From Atractiella rhizophila (taxonomy: Eukaryota), in the NCBI GenBank assembly GCA_021432655.1, contig MU271222.1:103519-140263 (forward strand): a DNA stretch of 36,745 nt, given 5' to 3'. The notes under the pieces were generated by a model that saw only the letters and a list, made by a program, of their open reading frames with translations, searched no databases and was not told where the DNA came from. How positions within the stretch are numbered: the stretch's first letter is position 1; each line of letters begins with the position of its first letter. The translations under genes and the position numbers were made by a program. This document shows, one piece after another, positions 11,071 to 22,684 of this stretch.

Positions 11071-12994
11071 TTGGGACAGCGGGCTAAAGCAAGGAGGACC
11101 GCATTCGGTCCTGTCCGCTCTTCCCGCTCTTCAATCCAGGAGGAAGTCCTCCACCGACGAAAGATGCATGGCACACGAAGTGACGGAGGTGGGATTATAT
11201 TCCCACGGTCAACCTAATAGTCATCCTGGCCATGGGAGACAACCGAGCTTCGCAAGGAAGATGATCTTAGAATAGAAACCAATGAGTTGTCCTCGATAGT
11301 TCAAGAGGCAAACGGGGGACATCCAGCTACATAGTGGGGATTTGAAAGATGCTGCGTAGACTGAGGGAATAGCAGAATTGTAGTTACAAGCTTCACATCG
11401 AATGTATCCGTTCATTAGGAAAACATCTTCTGTTCCTTCCTAATGTACAGTCAAAGGCCTGCCGAACTAATACTTTTTTCACTCTCTCACTCTCACGCAA
11501 TGTCGGCCTTAGCAGCTCACATTGCAAAACCAAAGGAGTCAACCATGCTCAACACCGGACAGTGATATCAACGCCAACAGAGTGATAACTTCCACGGCCA
11601 AATAATTACAACAGTTACATCCACAGAAAGAGGTCCGAGGGCCCCACACCCTCGCGACGGTCAAAAGTCTCCAACCTGGTTGTGTATTACTCAACTCTGG
11701 AGCCGCCGACGAGGAATCTAAAGCCGCATAGGCGCGAATCGTGGGACAGTCAACCTATACGGTGTGCTGCTCGCTACTCCAACGTCAGAAGCGCTAGCTC
11801 CTCTACCCTAGTAAATCAAATCGCTTCCAGTTGGGACAGTCATGGACGACACCATTCAACGGCACCGGGATACACAACGGTGCGTCCTGACTGTTCTTTC
11901 TCGTGTTTCTCCTGCCTGTGAGTCACAGAGACAGAGAGGTGTCTGCGAGACTGAGACTACTTTAGAACACCAACTAAGCCTATGCTCGTTCACTCGTCTC
12001 AATCGATCGTGAGAGCGATTACATTATGTCCCCGTTTCGTAGTCCCTCCTTCTTTGAGCATAAGCTGATACGTCATCTCGTGATGACTCTCATGCTCGTG
12101 GAGATATGGAGAATGCAAATCTAGTCACTGAGTACAACGGGAGAAATCACTGTATCACTAACACCGCATGACCTTGCCTCAGTGTTTTCTGAGAGGAACA
12201 GCGTAAATCTCATTTCGTCAATCCTAACATCCAAGTGGGAGTGAAGAATAAACTCATAATAGGCTCGTACAAGCGTTCGATAACAATCTCAAAACACAAG
12301 CCATCTCATGATCTAGACATAGTCTAGCAGGTGCAACTTGAAAGAGCACTGGCTCGTACAGCCTCTAATTATAACGGTAGCACAATGAAGATGTCCAAGA
12401 GCTCCAAGTAACGATCAGGAGACAGCTGCTACTTTCTTCTTCGACCGTTCTATCTCCAATCATGCAAAGTCATGACAATGAGAACATCCAGGACTACAGC
12501 AATTGTAAAGCGCATCCCAAATTGTATTAGGTCTCTTCGAACTGGTCAGCTTGAAAGAAGCATGACCTCCACTAAGGGATTGTCTATCAACGATGCATCA
12601 AGGTTGAACAGTGCCAGAAGATATGACAGGAGATTGCTCAGCTGTACTCCTTTACATCTTACTTTGTACCATCTGACACCCTCCCACCATTTCATGAAGT
12701 CGTGAAATGAGCATACTTATTCCTTTTGCCACCAATCCTATCTCGATTTCCTCATTTCGTCGTTTGCAACGGCACCGCGATAATTAGTTCCTTGAACCCT
12801 AATCCATCCCATTGCCTCCGTCTGCCGTCAACCACCAAGTCGCGAGGTTTATGCATCCACGCCTCTCGCTCGTGCTGTCAGTGATATTCTACGCCTTCGA
12901 GCTCAGCGTCTACGACATACTCGCCCTATACAGCCTCCTAATACCCTTCCTCCTCGTTTTTTTCGTCCTCAGAGCTTTTTTGGCTAGGATTAGG

Positions 12995-15900
12995 ATGGAA
13001 GGACTGCACTTTTTGACTGCTGCTACTGGGACGTGGTTTCGGGTTCTGTCTTGGATTTATTTGCGTTGGGTACGTGTTCTGATATTCTCTCTTGTTTATA
13101 TTTTGGGAAAAGAATGGTGGAAGAATGACTTTGTTGATGTTTACTTACGGTTTGCTCTGGTTGGTGTAGCTCCAGGCGTATGGCCTTTATCCAGTCCTGC
13201 CTACGCTCTTCATAGTCTATGCCTCATTGTGGGGATGGAACGAAGCAAAATTCAGAAAGCAGGCCAGGGTAGCAAAGAAAGAGGAACCTTTCACCGTGGT
13301 GGAGAAGGTGCCCGTAAAGAAGGCGTCTGACCAAGGTTCGGTATCCGGAGAAGGAGAGGGAGAGGAAGACGTGACGACTCGCGAGCTGACGGAAACAGAA
13401 GAGACCCCACGCGCCGAGCCAGAGACGAAGGAGCCTGAAGTTCCAGCTCCCGCTACCCCAACGCCCGTCTCAGCCGAACCCGCGTCTTTCGATCCCTTCG
13501 CTCTCGTCTTCTCCATCCCCACCCCCTCCTCCCTCACCCACTTCCTCTCCCTCCTCCTCTCCCTCGCCCTCCTCCTCTGCTCCCTCGACGCAACCTACTC
13601 CTCCTACTTCCCTCCTGCAGACCTAACCTTCTCGCGCGTCGGCGCCGTGACTCAACACGGTGCGAAGATCAGCTACAGGTTGCCTGAGGGCGTGAAAGGG
13701 AGGTTGAGGTGGAGAGAGACGAGGCCGGAGGGCCCGTGGAATTTGGTTAAGGGTGAAGTGGAGGGGTTGGAGGAGAGGGATTGGACGGGAACGGTCGCGG
13801 TGGAGGGATTGAGCGCGGGGAGAACGTATGAATGTGAGTCTCTCTGTTCTGCCTGTGGGAAGAAAATGCCACTGCTCTTCTTGGATATAAGAGTTATGTC
13901 ACTTGTCTGGCTCAATTTTTGGAATGTTCACTGTCGTTCTCGAGAGCATGCAGTGACGGAGCATGTGGAGGTTGGAAGGTTTTATGGTGATGTCACTGGC
14001 AGAGATGATACGATTTTGACTAGTGTTGGACCACGCTCTGTCTCTTCGGGTGGATGGGAACGCATCTTGGTTGCTGAGCTTTCTTCAGCTCCATCCTTCT
14101 CTGCTAGGGAAAGATGGAGCCGAAATTACCTCTACAGACAAGGACGTATCCTTCATCCCAATTTTTTCCTGACTGCTTGAGGTACATCACTACAGATGTG
14201 TTAGGTCTGAACGTTCTTGATTATCGACAAGCAACCGCACTGTTCTTGACGATACGTTTGACGACTTTTTCAGTTGTGCATCTTATGTCTATACGTTTCG
14301 TGGCCATAGGAGCGGCACTATGCTGCTCATGAGCGTCAGACAGTGGATGACAACGAATTAAGGCGTTGGAGACAGTTACAATGACTGTCATTCTAGCTTA
14401 GAAAAGTTAGCGCAATGTAACAATACTTCTCTCAGTACCGGTTTGAATGTCACAAACAAAAGGAAACGAGCTACGGTTCCGTTCATGGTGGGAAGAAGGA
14501 GGATGGAGCTGTGATCATACAGTTCTCCTGACCTCACTCTTTATCTAATCTCGTCTACTTCAACTACTCAAGCACATGGAGTAGAGTTAAAGGGGTTGAG
14601 CTCTGGGGTGTAAAAGACTAAATAGCTGAAAAAGGATTATGCGCCTGCTTGATTTTGTCCTAGAAAAAGGGACACTTGCTTTCATTTCAAAAAGAAAGAC
14701 CTGCCAATCATCTTTCTGCACTTCAATTTTTCGTGGTGAACTGAGATGACTTGCATTGAACGAGACCTATTAGAGGGTAGCTGGCGCATGGAATACTATA
14801 GATCCCTCTCTGCTTAACCGTTGACTTGCATTCACCATCTCTTCTCCATGTCATGTGTGTCATCTTGTACTTCATGCCTCCTCTTAAAGCAAAGGGCTGG
14901 CCTCGCATCTCCCAAGTTTCATGAAAAGACATCCACATCCTTTTTATTCTTGAGGGTGTCATTCGCCAGAGAATGAACGTGAAATCGAGTACTGTCGACA
15001 AACATTGTAAAGACACAATCGCACGAGATGACCTTCGCCTCTGGCGCCGAATGTGTGTGGCTTTGTTATGCGTGATCTTATATGCACGATCCCTTTCCTA
15101 TTCTGGATCGTATTCTTTCCCGGTGCCTATTTGTTGTTAGGTCTTCGAAACTTCACTACGAATTTAACTCCCCCTTGGTTTGCAAGCAGAAAAACATCCT
15201 TCCTAACCCGCCTGTTATTTGCAGATCGAATTGTGTTGCCCTCGCCATCTGCAGACGACCCTACGATCCCTCATCCGCTTGCTGCCTCGCTCCCAGTACA
15301 GACTTTCCACACCCTGCCCGATTCCTCTCTGGCTGCTTCTGGCTCTCATTTCACTTTCGCGAGCAGCAGCTGTATCAGACCTGGGTTTCCCTACACTCTA
15401 TGGCCATGGAGGAATCCACGAGGCATGCCCGGAATGAGACTTGACGATACGTTTGACGACTTTTTCAGTTGTGCATCTTATGTCTATACGTTTCGTGGCC
15501 ATAGGAGCGGCACTATGCTGCTCATGAGCGTCAGACAGTGGATGACAACGAATTAAGGCGTTGGAGACAGTTACAATGACTGTCATTCTAGCTTAGAAAA
15601 GTTAGCGCAATGTAACAATACTTCTCTCAGTACCGGTTTGAATGTCACAAACAAAAGGAAACGAGCTACGGTTCCGTTCATGGTGGGAAGAAGGAGGATG
15701 GAGCTGTGATCATACAGTTCTCCTGACCTCACTCTTTATCTAATCTCGTCTACTTCAACTACTCAAGCACATGGAGTAGAGTTGAAGGGGTCGAGCTCTG
15801 GGGTGTAAAGGACTAAATAGATGAAAAAGGATTATGCGCCTGCTTGATTTTGTCCTAGAAAGGGGACACTGGCTTTCATTTCAAAAAGAAAGACCTGCCT

Positions 15901-18117
15901 ATCATCTTTCTGCACTTCAATTTTCGTGGTGAACTGAGATGACTTGCATTGAACGAGACCTATTAGACGGTTAGCAGGCGATGGAATACCATATAGATCC
16001 CTCTCTGCTTAACCGTTGACTTTCATTCACCATCTCTTCTCCATGTCATGTGTGTCATCTTGTACTTCATCCCTCCTCTTAAAGCAAAGGGTTGGCCTCG
16101 CATCTCCCAAGTTTTATGAAAAGACATCCAGATCCTTTTTATTCTTGAGGGTGTCATTCGCCAGAGAATGAACGTGAAATCGAGTACTTTCGACAAACAT
16201 TGTAAAGACACAATCGCACGAGATGAGCTTCGCCTCTGGCGCCGAATGTGTGTGGTTTTGTTATACGTGATTTTGTATGCACCCTCACTTTCCTATGCTG
16301 AGTCGTATTCCTGCCCGGCGCCAATTTGTTTGTTAGGTCTTCTAAACTCCACTGCGAATTTAGCTCCCTCTTGGTTCCCAAGCAGAGTAACATCCTTCCT
16401 AACTCTACTGTTCTTTGCAGATCGAATTGTGTTGCCATCGCCATCTGCAGACGACCCTACGATCCCTCATCCGCTTGCTGCCTCGCTCCCAGTACAGACT
16501 TTCCACACCCTGCCCGATTCCTCTCTGGCTGCTTCTGGCTCTCATTTCACTTTCGCGAGCAGCAGCTGTATCAGACCTGGGTTTCCCTACACTCTATGGC
16601 CATGGAGGAATCCACGAGGCATGCCCGGAATGAGATACTTGAAAGAGGCCATCGATCGCGACCAATTGGAGTTCCTGCTCTTCCTTGGGTGAGTCTCACT
16701 AGATCAAGCGTAACCTTTGCCGCTGACACCATGTTATCAGGGATTGTAAGCTTTCTGGCTGTGTTCGAACATAGTTTGAGTGTGTTGTCTAGTCATCTAT
16801 AGCGACACGAGTATTTCACCCGCTGACCAAAGTGAGACCTATGCGAGGTCTTACCGCAACACCTTCGCCAGTCCAGACTTCCGATCAGTTTACGAGTCCG
16901 TCCCGACTCTCTTCATGTACGACGACCACGAATTCAAGAACAATTATGCCGGGCAAGGAAACGACTCCGATCCTATTTGGCAGGCTGCAAGTACCGCATA
17001 CGACGATTATTTGGGCAAAGGCAACTACGATTCTGCGAGCAAAGACGTTAACTATTATTCCTTCAAGTGTGTATTTATCCATCCGCAATATTGTCGTTGA
17101 TGACGCCGAGATAGGCGTGGAGATGTCGCATTCTTTGTTTGGGATACAAGACGATATCGATCATCGAACTTGCTCCCTGATGGACCCGAGAAGACTATGT
17201 TAGGCGATAAACAAAAGAAGGTGTTCTACAACTGGCTGGCACGTACCCTTTCCGCGCGCTTCTATAATGGAAAGCTCATATTCGATACAGCATCAAGTCA
17301 ATCACACAGCCACATTCAAGTTCATCGTCAGTTCTGTCCCCTTCAACACACTTTGGGCTGGCAAAGACGGGCAAGTTGGAGTTGCGGCGACCAGATCACT
17401 TGGCTGACTGTCATGAACAGGCACCTTGACACTTGGGCTGGTTTTCAAACAGAAAGGACAGAAATCATGGATATCCTGGAGCATGTGCCGAATGTTATTG
17501 TGCTGTCAGGGGTGCGTTAGAGATCCAGGAAAAAGTTTGACAGCTCATGTTTCACACTCAGGATCGCCACGAGTTCGCAGCGACATCTATTCGTAACAAG
17601 GTTTACGAGTTTAGCACGAGCCCCCTCAACCAGTTCTACTTCCCTCTCATCCGGACGTACTCCAACTCTCGTCAGTGTTTTGAGACCTGAAGGCAACTTG
17701 CTGATTCCTGGTGTAGATGGCCTTGGCCCTACTGGTGAGGATAAGAATATCAAGTGTTAGTCTCTCCCTCACAAGTTGTCAGCCTACTGATCACCCGTAC
17801 AGATATTCCTGTCGGTAACTACAAGTTTTCAACCTTTGAGGTGGATACACGAAATTCGAGCGAGCCAACATTGAAAGTCGCGGTCAACATAGATGGAAAT
17901 GTTGCCTGGAGGTGTGCAACCCCCATTGTCAGACGTTACATGTCTAATGTTTCTGTAGGCTTACATTGACTGGTGTTCCTGTGCAACTCCCGAGCACCTC
18001 TGCGATTGGTCAGCTCTCGCAGAGCTTATTAGAAGTTTGTTTCCCTCGCTCTTCTCCATCTAGCCCTGAATGTTACTTCAATAGCTGCTCACATTCACGA
18101 AACGAAAATGGTTCTAA
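12995..18117 (+). CDS. PhoD-family alkaline phosphatase/phosphodiesterase with N-terminal membrane segments
   Basis: Spliced motifs FTFASSSC, LLFLG-D-FIYSD, MYDDHEFKNNY, FFVWDTRRYRS, TMLGDKQ, DTWAGFQTER, VIVLSG-DRHE and YEFSTSPL, preceded by an FN3-like segment (VEGLSAGRTYE-YRI). Start at 12995; an in-frame ATG also exists at 12851. Stop TAA 18115-18117. Intron 2 starts at 13834 and spans the tandem duplication; the complete exon 3 is 16421-16688. Confidence 0.9.
14245..16635 (+). repeat. Direct tandem duplication of about 1195 bp (copy 1 14245-15439, copy 2 15440-16635) covering intron 2 and most of exon 3 of the phoD gene
   Basis: Both copies begin CTTGACGATACGTTTGACGAC and end CCCGGAATGAGA. 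They are identical over the first 344 nt and last ~198 nt and diverged in between. Confidence 0.95.
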
Positions 18118-18359
18118 GCAAGGGTAATATTTTGCAGGCTGTCGTGGGATTTTTGGAAGGATTGTGATTGCTGAGAAAAAACTACTTCGTTTTCATGTAT
18201 AGACACTTCGCTTCGTAACTTTGTTGTTCCCATGCTTTAAACTCACTCACACACTTACGAGTACTTATCTTATGGGTACATCTCACAAAAATGTCCATGA
18301 ATTTGAACCCAGAACAAAATATACTACATATAAACAAACAAGCGCACAGACGCAGACAA

Positions 18360-20920
18360 TCAGTCCTCAATGGGCATCCTATCCTTCTCGTCTTGCAGGA
18401 TCTTATACTCGTCCTCTCTCCTCTTACCCCCTTTTCTCAACCTCCTAGTCTCAGAGTAGTCACGCCACCTTTCTCGAGCCCTCTCCACCAGCCCCAAACT
18501 TCTCCTTCGTGGCCTCGTATCAAACATTATCTTCCCGCTGTTCCTGTCCAACTTATACCGGTGTTCGTCCAGCAGTGCAATCATCGTCTCTTCATTATCT
18601 TGACCTTCCAAAATCGTTGATATCTCAGTGCGACCAGTCATTGCCGCGCTGCTCGCTATAGTTCCCGGCTCATGAGCAAGACGGAGGTACCTTGAGGTAT
18701 ATCGTTATTCTACTTGTTGAAAAGCACAAGGGAGAAAGCGTACCGCCTTTGACGTGCATGGATGATGGCCACAAGTAGAGCAGAGATGGCGAGAAAACCA
18801 AATATGCCAGCAAGGACGTGGGCGGGTCCTCGCGAAACCCAAAGGCGAGGTTCAACTGACTTCACTGCCCCAGCAATGTCGACTGATCCATCAGCCCAAG
18901 CGCTGAAGTAGGTTTGTGCGGCAACAATGGTGAGGAAAGTTGTCTATCGTAGGGTCACGACCAGTCTCGATATGAACATGCCAAGACTCACATAAATTGA
19001 CGTTGTGTTCGAAAGAAGCTGGCCATTCTGAAAGGCCGAGTCCTGTCCACTAGAGACTGTTTGGAAGATCGCTGCTGCAAGAGAGTTTCTCGCGTTGGCT
19101 ATTTGATTTTGGACATGGACGTTTTGGGATGAAGTGTTGAATCCCAACCTATACATCGTTGAGCATGACACCGCAAACGCATGAACAAGAAGTACAACGC
19201 ACCCGTTCAGAGCACGACCGTTCAACGGATTGCCAGAGACTGAGTTGCCCACTCCCGTAATATTGCCAATAATTTGTGCCGCTAAGAGCTGCTCCTTATT
19301 GATGTCGACGCTTGCTAGCACTTCATAGATATTGAGTGTCGGAGCACAAACAATGACCCGTCCACTGTCGACATTCACGGTGCCTCCATTCGCCAATATA
19401 GGGTCGGACGTGTTCAGAATGTAGAACATAACAGGCAAAAATCGATCATCCTCCCCTGCCGCGCCATCGCATACAAACACCCCGGAGCCATAAACTTCAT
19501 CTCCTGTCGCGCTTGGGTGGATTGTGAAAGTGTGATTACATCCAGCTGTGACACTGACTTTGTATCCTGTCGAGATGACCGTTGACGCCATTCCCTGCAT
19601 CGACGCTCCTTCTGCCTCTCTGCAACCAGGTATGGACTGAATAGCCGTTGTGTTCCCAATTGCCGTCCCGTTTTTTGGCTTATCTGGAAGGAAGAAACGG
19701 GCGATGGTCCAGTCTCCTGCTGTGAAACTGGGACCTTTAACGTCGTCGAACAAAGATTGTGACAAGACAAAGCCACCGGCTGATAACGAGGGGAGAATAG
19801 ATGCATAATTTGATTCGTTGAAAACGAGTTGATCGCGTGATTCGAAAATCATTTTGTCGTGAGTGAATTCAGTAGGAAGGAGGACAAAAAGACCTGAGGC
19901 GATGGGAGAGGTGAGGATGGAGAGTATTGTGAGAAGCGTGGTGTAAACTAGCAGGTAGTGTTTGTTCTTCCAACCATAATACCAGATAACGAATCGATTT
20001 GTGTCCATGTAGTTCATGAATAAAGTCGTCCGCGCTTTGGCATTGCCGTTGGAGAGATCGACCGTTGGCTGTAGCTTCTTAACAGCGATATCTATTGCGC
20101 GTCAACTCGGGAGTTAGAGTGAACGATGACTGACCGATGGAAGTCCAAATACCGATAAACGGGAAAGTGATGAGGACACTAGGTACAGTGTAGAGAAAGT
20201 GGGCTGAGGAGTAATCGTCAGAGTCTGCAAACGTCGCGAAACCTTTTATTCTCTACTTGACTGTGATGAGCTTTCCATGTTTGTAAGGGGAGTAAAGTAC
20301 CTTGGACCAGACGTAGAGAACCTCGATAAGGACTGCAACTGCGAGTTGAAATATAATGAAAAGAGCAACAACCTTTCCACGAAATGTCATGAATAGCTAG
20401 CAGAAAGCAGAGGTTCGTACCCAAGGTCGAAATGGCCACGGTATCTATTTCAACCGTCAGTTACTCGTTGCAGAAGCAATGACTGGCCTACCCAAGGTCT
20501 CAACTCAATGGTGGGCCCATCGTTACTAGTGTTCAGCGCTCGACTTGTAGACTTCCTCTTCCACCATCCAAACCCTGAAGAGAACAGGGACAAGGATGGA
20601 GTGCTGCTTTTCCTCCCACTTTTCCCCTCTTCTTTCGCAGCCAAGTTCTGCCGAACTTCATTCAATCTCTCTTCCCTGTATCGCCTCCATTTTTCCTCTC
20701 TTGAATCTTCATCCGTGCCGAGAGAGTAGGAGGAAGAGGCGGAGGGGGATCCATGTGCGTCGTTGACAGGGAAAGGGGAGAGGAGGCCATATGAATCCGC
20801 GCGTTTGTAGGGCAGGAGAGAGCGTGAACCGAGGGAAAGGGGGGCAGGTGGTCCTTTTCGTAGGCGGTTTGGGTCGGAGTAGGAGAGCAGGTCCTGCGTC
20901 GATCCAGATGGAGTGGTCAT
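18360..20920 (-). CDS. DUF3433-like multi-pass membrane protein with a glycosylated lumenal domain
   Basis: Spliced segment FLYTVPSVLITFPFIGIWTSI-DIAVKKLQPTVDLSNGNAKARTTLFMNYMDT...WKNKHYLLVYTTLLTILSILTSPIASGLF matches the remembered DUF3433 pattern (D...QP..DLS.G.A.A...L..Y). Several N-x-S/T sites follow. Start MTTPSGST at 20920, stop TGA 18362-18360. Confidence 0.75.
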
Positions 20921-22684
20921 TCTCCAAATCCCAACAGAGTCACAAAATTGTTGAATACCAGGAGGGGATTGGATAGAGGAATGGAGTTTTCTACCACTTG
21001 CCAGACAACCGCCACTGAAAATCAAGCTCAAACAGCAAATCACCACTTTCTTATGCCCTCTTTGGTGACACAGAGTATCCAATACATTCCAAGCTGTGCA
21101 TACAACAGAAGCTCCGCGTCCTCAAGTTGTTCGCTCGAGGACCGGTGCCAGCCTCGGAAAACCGTCTCTTCTCCTGTCCTGGCGAGCAAGGGTGGGACGG
21201 AGCCATTGAACCAAATCGACCATTTCACGGGTAGCGATCATGAAGCGTTGTTGATTTGTTGACAAACGAACTGACCTCCTGATTATTGATGTGAGATGGT
21301 GGGGTGCCATAAAAAGATATGTCGCCTGCACGTGACACTCAGTTGTTGAAATCGACGCCACTACTTTCAGCGAGCCTCACTATTCACAAGTTTCACTTCT
21401 GAAACGTATTGGAAAGGCTACGACGTATTCTCGTGGGTATAAGACATTGCAAACAGGGCGTGTCCTTCAAACTCAGGATGTTCAGTTGTTTGAAATGGTC
21501 GTGCAAGGCGCAAACGCGACTGGATGAAGAATCGACAAAGGAAGAAACGACGAAACTTTCGATTTCGACTCTCCAAGCGCTGCAAGCTTAGACTTGGACA
21601 ATGAAATGATAGTAAGTCTTGTAGTCCGCGAACCGTTCGCGTCGTTTATGGAGAGAGTGACGGTACCAAACGAAAGGACTACAGGTCAGGAGCAGAAGAA
21701 GCGCCTTCCGTTTCCCCTCATACAAGTTGATAACGAAGAAAAGTTATCTCCCTTCACGCTTGGCAATCAGGAGAGGAACCTTGGCACGTTACCCAGCAGG
21801 GCTTTGTAATGCAAAGCTGCCAGGTTCGCGACAATTCAGGGACGCTTCCTCTCCATCAGTGGAAAAGTAGTACATCCTTGATCAGTCAGTTGCATACCAT
21901 AATCTCAGACATCGATTCTTCAATTTTATGTAGAATCAAAAGGCCACAACTTCCAACAAGGCAACGTTGTGTAGTAATGTCTGCTGGTACAGTTAGGAAA
22001 AGATGCGTTTATATGAAAGATGAAAAGAACACTCATTCGGGTAAAGAAACAGCGCACACATACATACTCTCCTCCTGAATCTCATACGACGCGCCGAACC
22101 AACCGCACTCCATCGTTTGCTTGCATATGAGGGCAGAACCTAGGCAAAAGCAGAAACGTTTATCTTTCTCGTCCTACTGGCCTTTAAAGGCTTGAAACAT
22201 CGCGCCACCAAGCTCTCAATCTACAGCTCCATCTGCGGGCTGCTTGTCTCCAAATTCACTCGACCGCGTCGTTCAATCCCACTGAACTCAACATCGTCAC
22301 ACCACTTCTCGTCTTGTTTCGTCTCTTATTAAAATTGTATGGAATAAATCGTACGACACGTTTTGCCAGTATAGCCATTGTTTTCTGCTGGACGATCATT
22401 GAAGTATTGAAGGGAAACATGACTCATGGCCCCGTCGCACATTTGGATGGGCGGATAGCAAGGAGAAGAACACCTTGCAAACTTGTGTCACCAGAAACGA
22501 GTTGTCTAAGTTTACAGACCAAGAGACCCGCATCTGAACAATGGATTGGTCGCTCGATCCCAGTATCCGAATTGCTGAGCAGCGGTCAATGGCGACTAAT
22601 GAGTTGAATGATATGATGAAAGGTGTGATGCAGCTACGAGGATCCATATTGAAAGTCAAAGGGTACAGTCACGATAATGAATAA

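Noticed and set aside
11200..12800. Short ORFs in the region between the peptide precursor and phoD
   Set aside because: All are under 90 aa with no motifs or convincing exon chain. Treated as divergent promoter/intergenic DNA.
14245..16635. Duplicated segment as a pair of LTRs or a transposon
   Set aside because: The copies abut directly, include host phoD exon sequence, and lack TG..CA ends, a target-site duplication and any gag/pol or transposase ORF.
18360..20920. DUF3433-like gene as the tailoring oxidase of a dikaritin cluster
   Set aside because: Dikaritin oxidases are DUF3328/UstYa proteins with HxxHC motifs. None is seen here; this is a different membrane-protein family.
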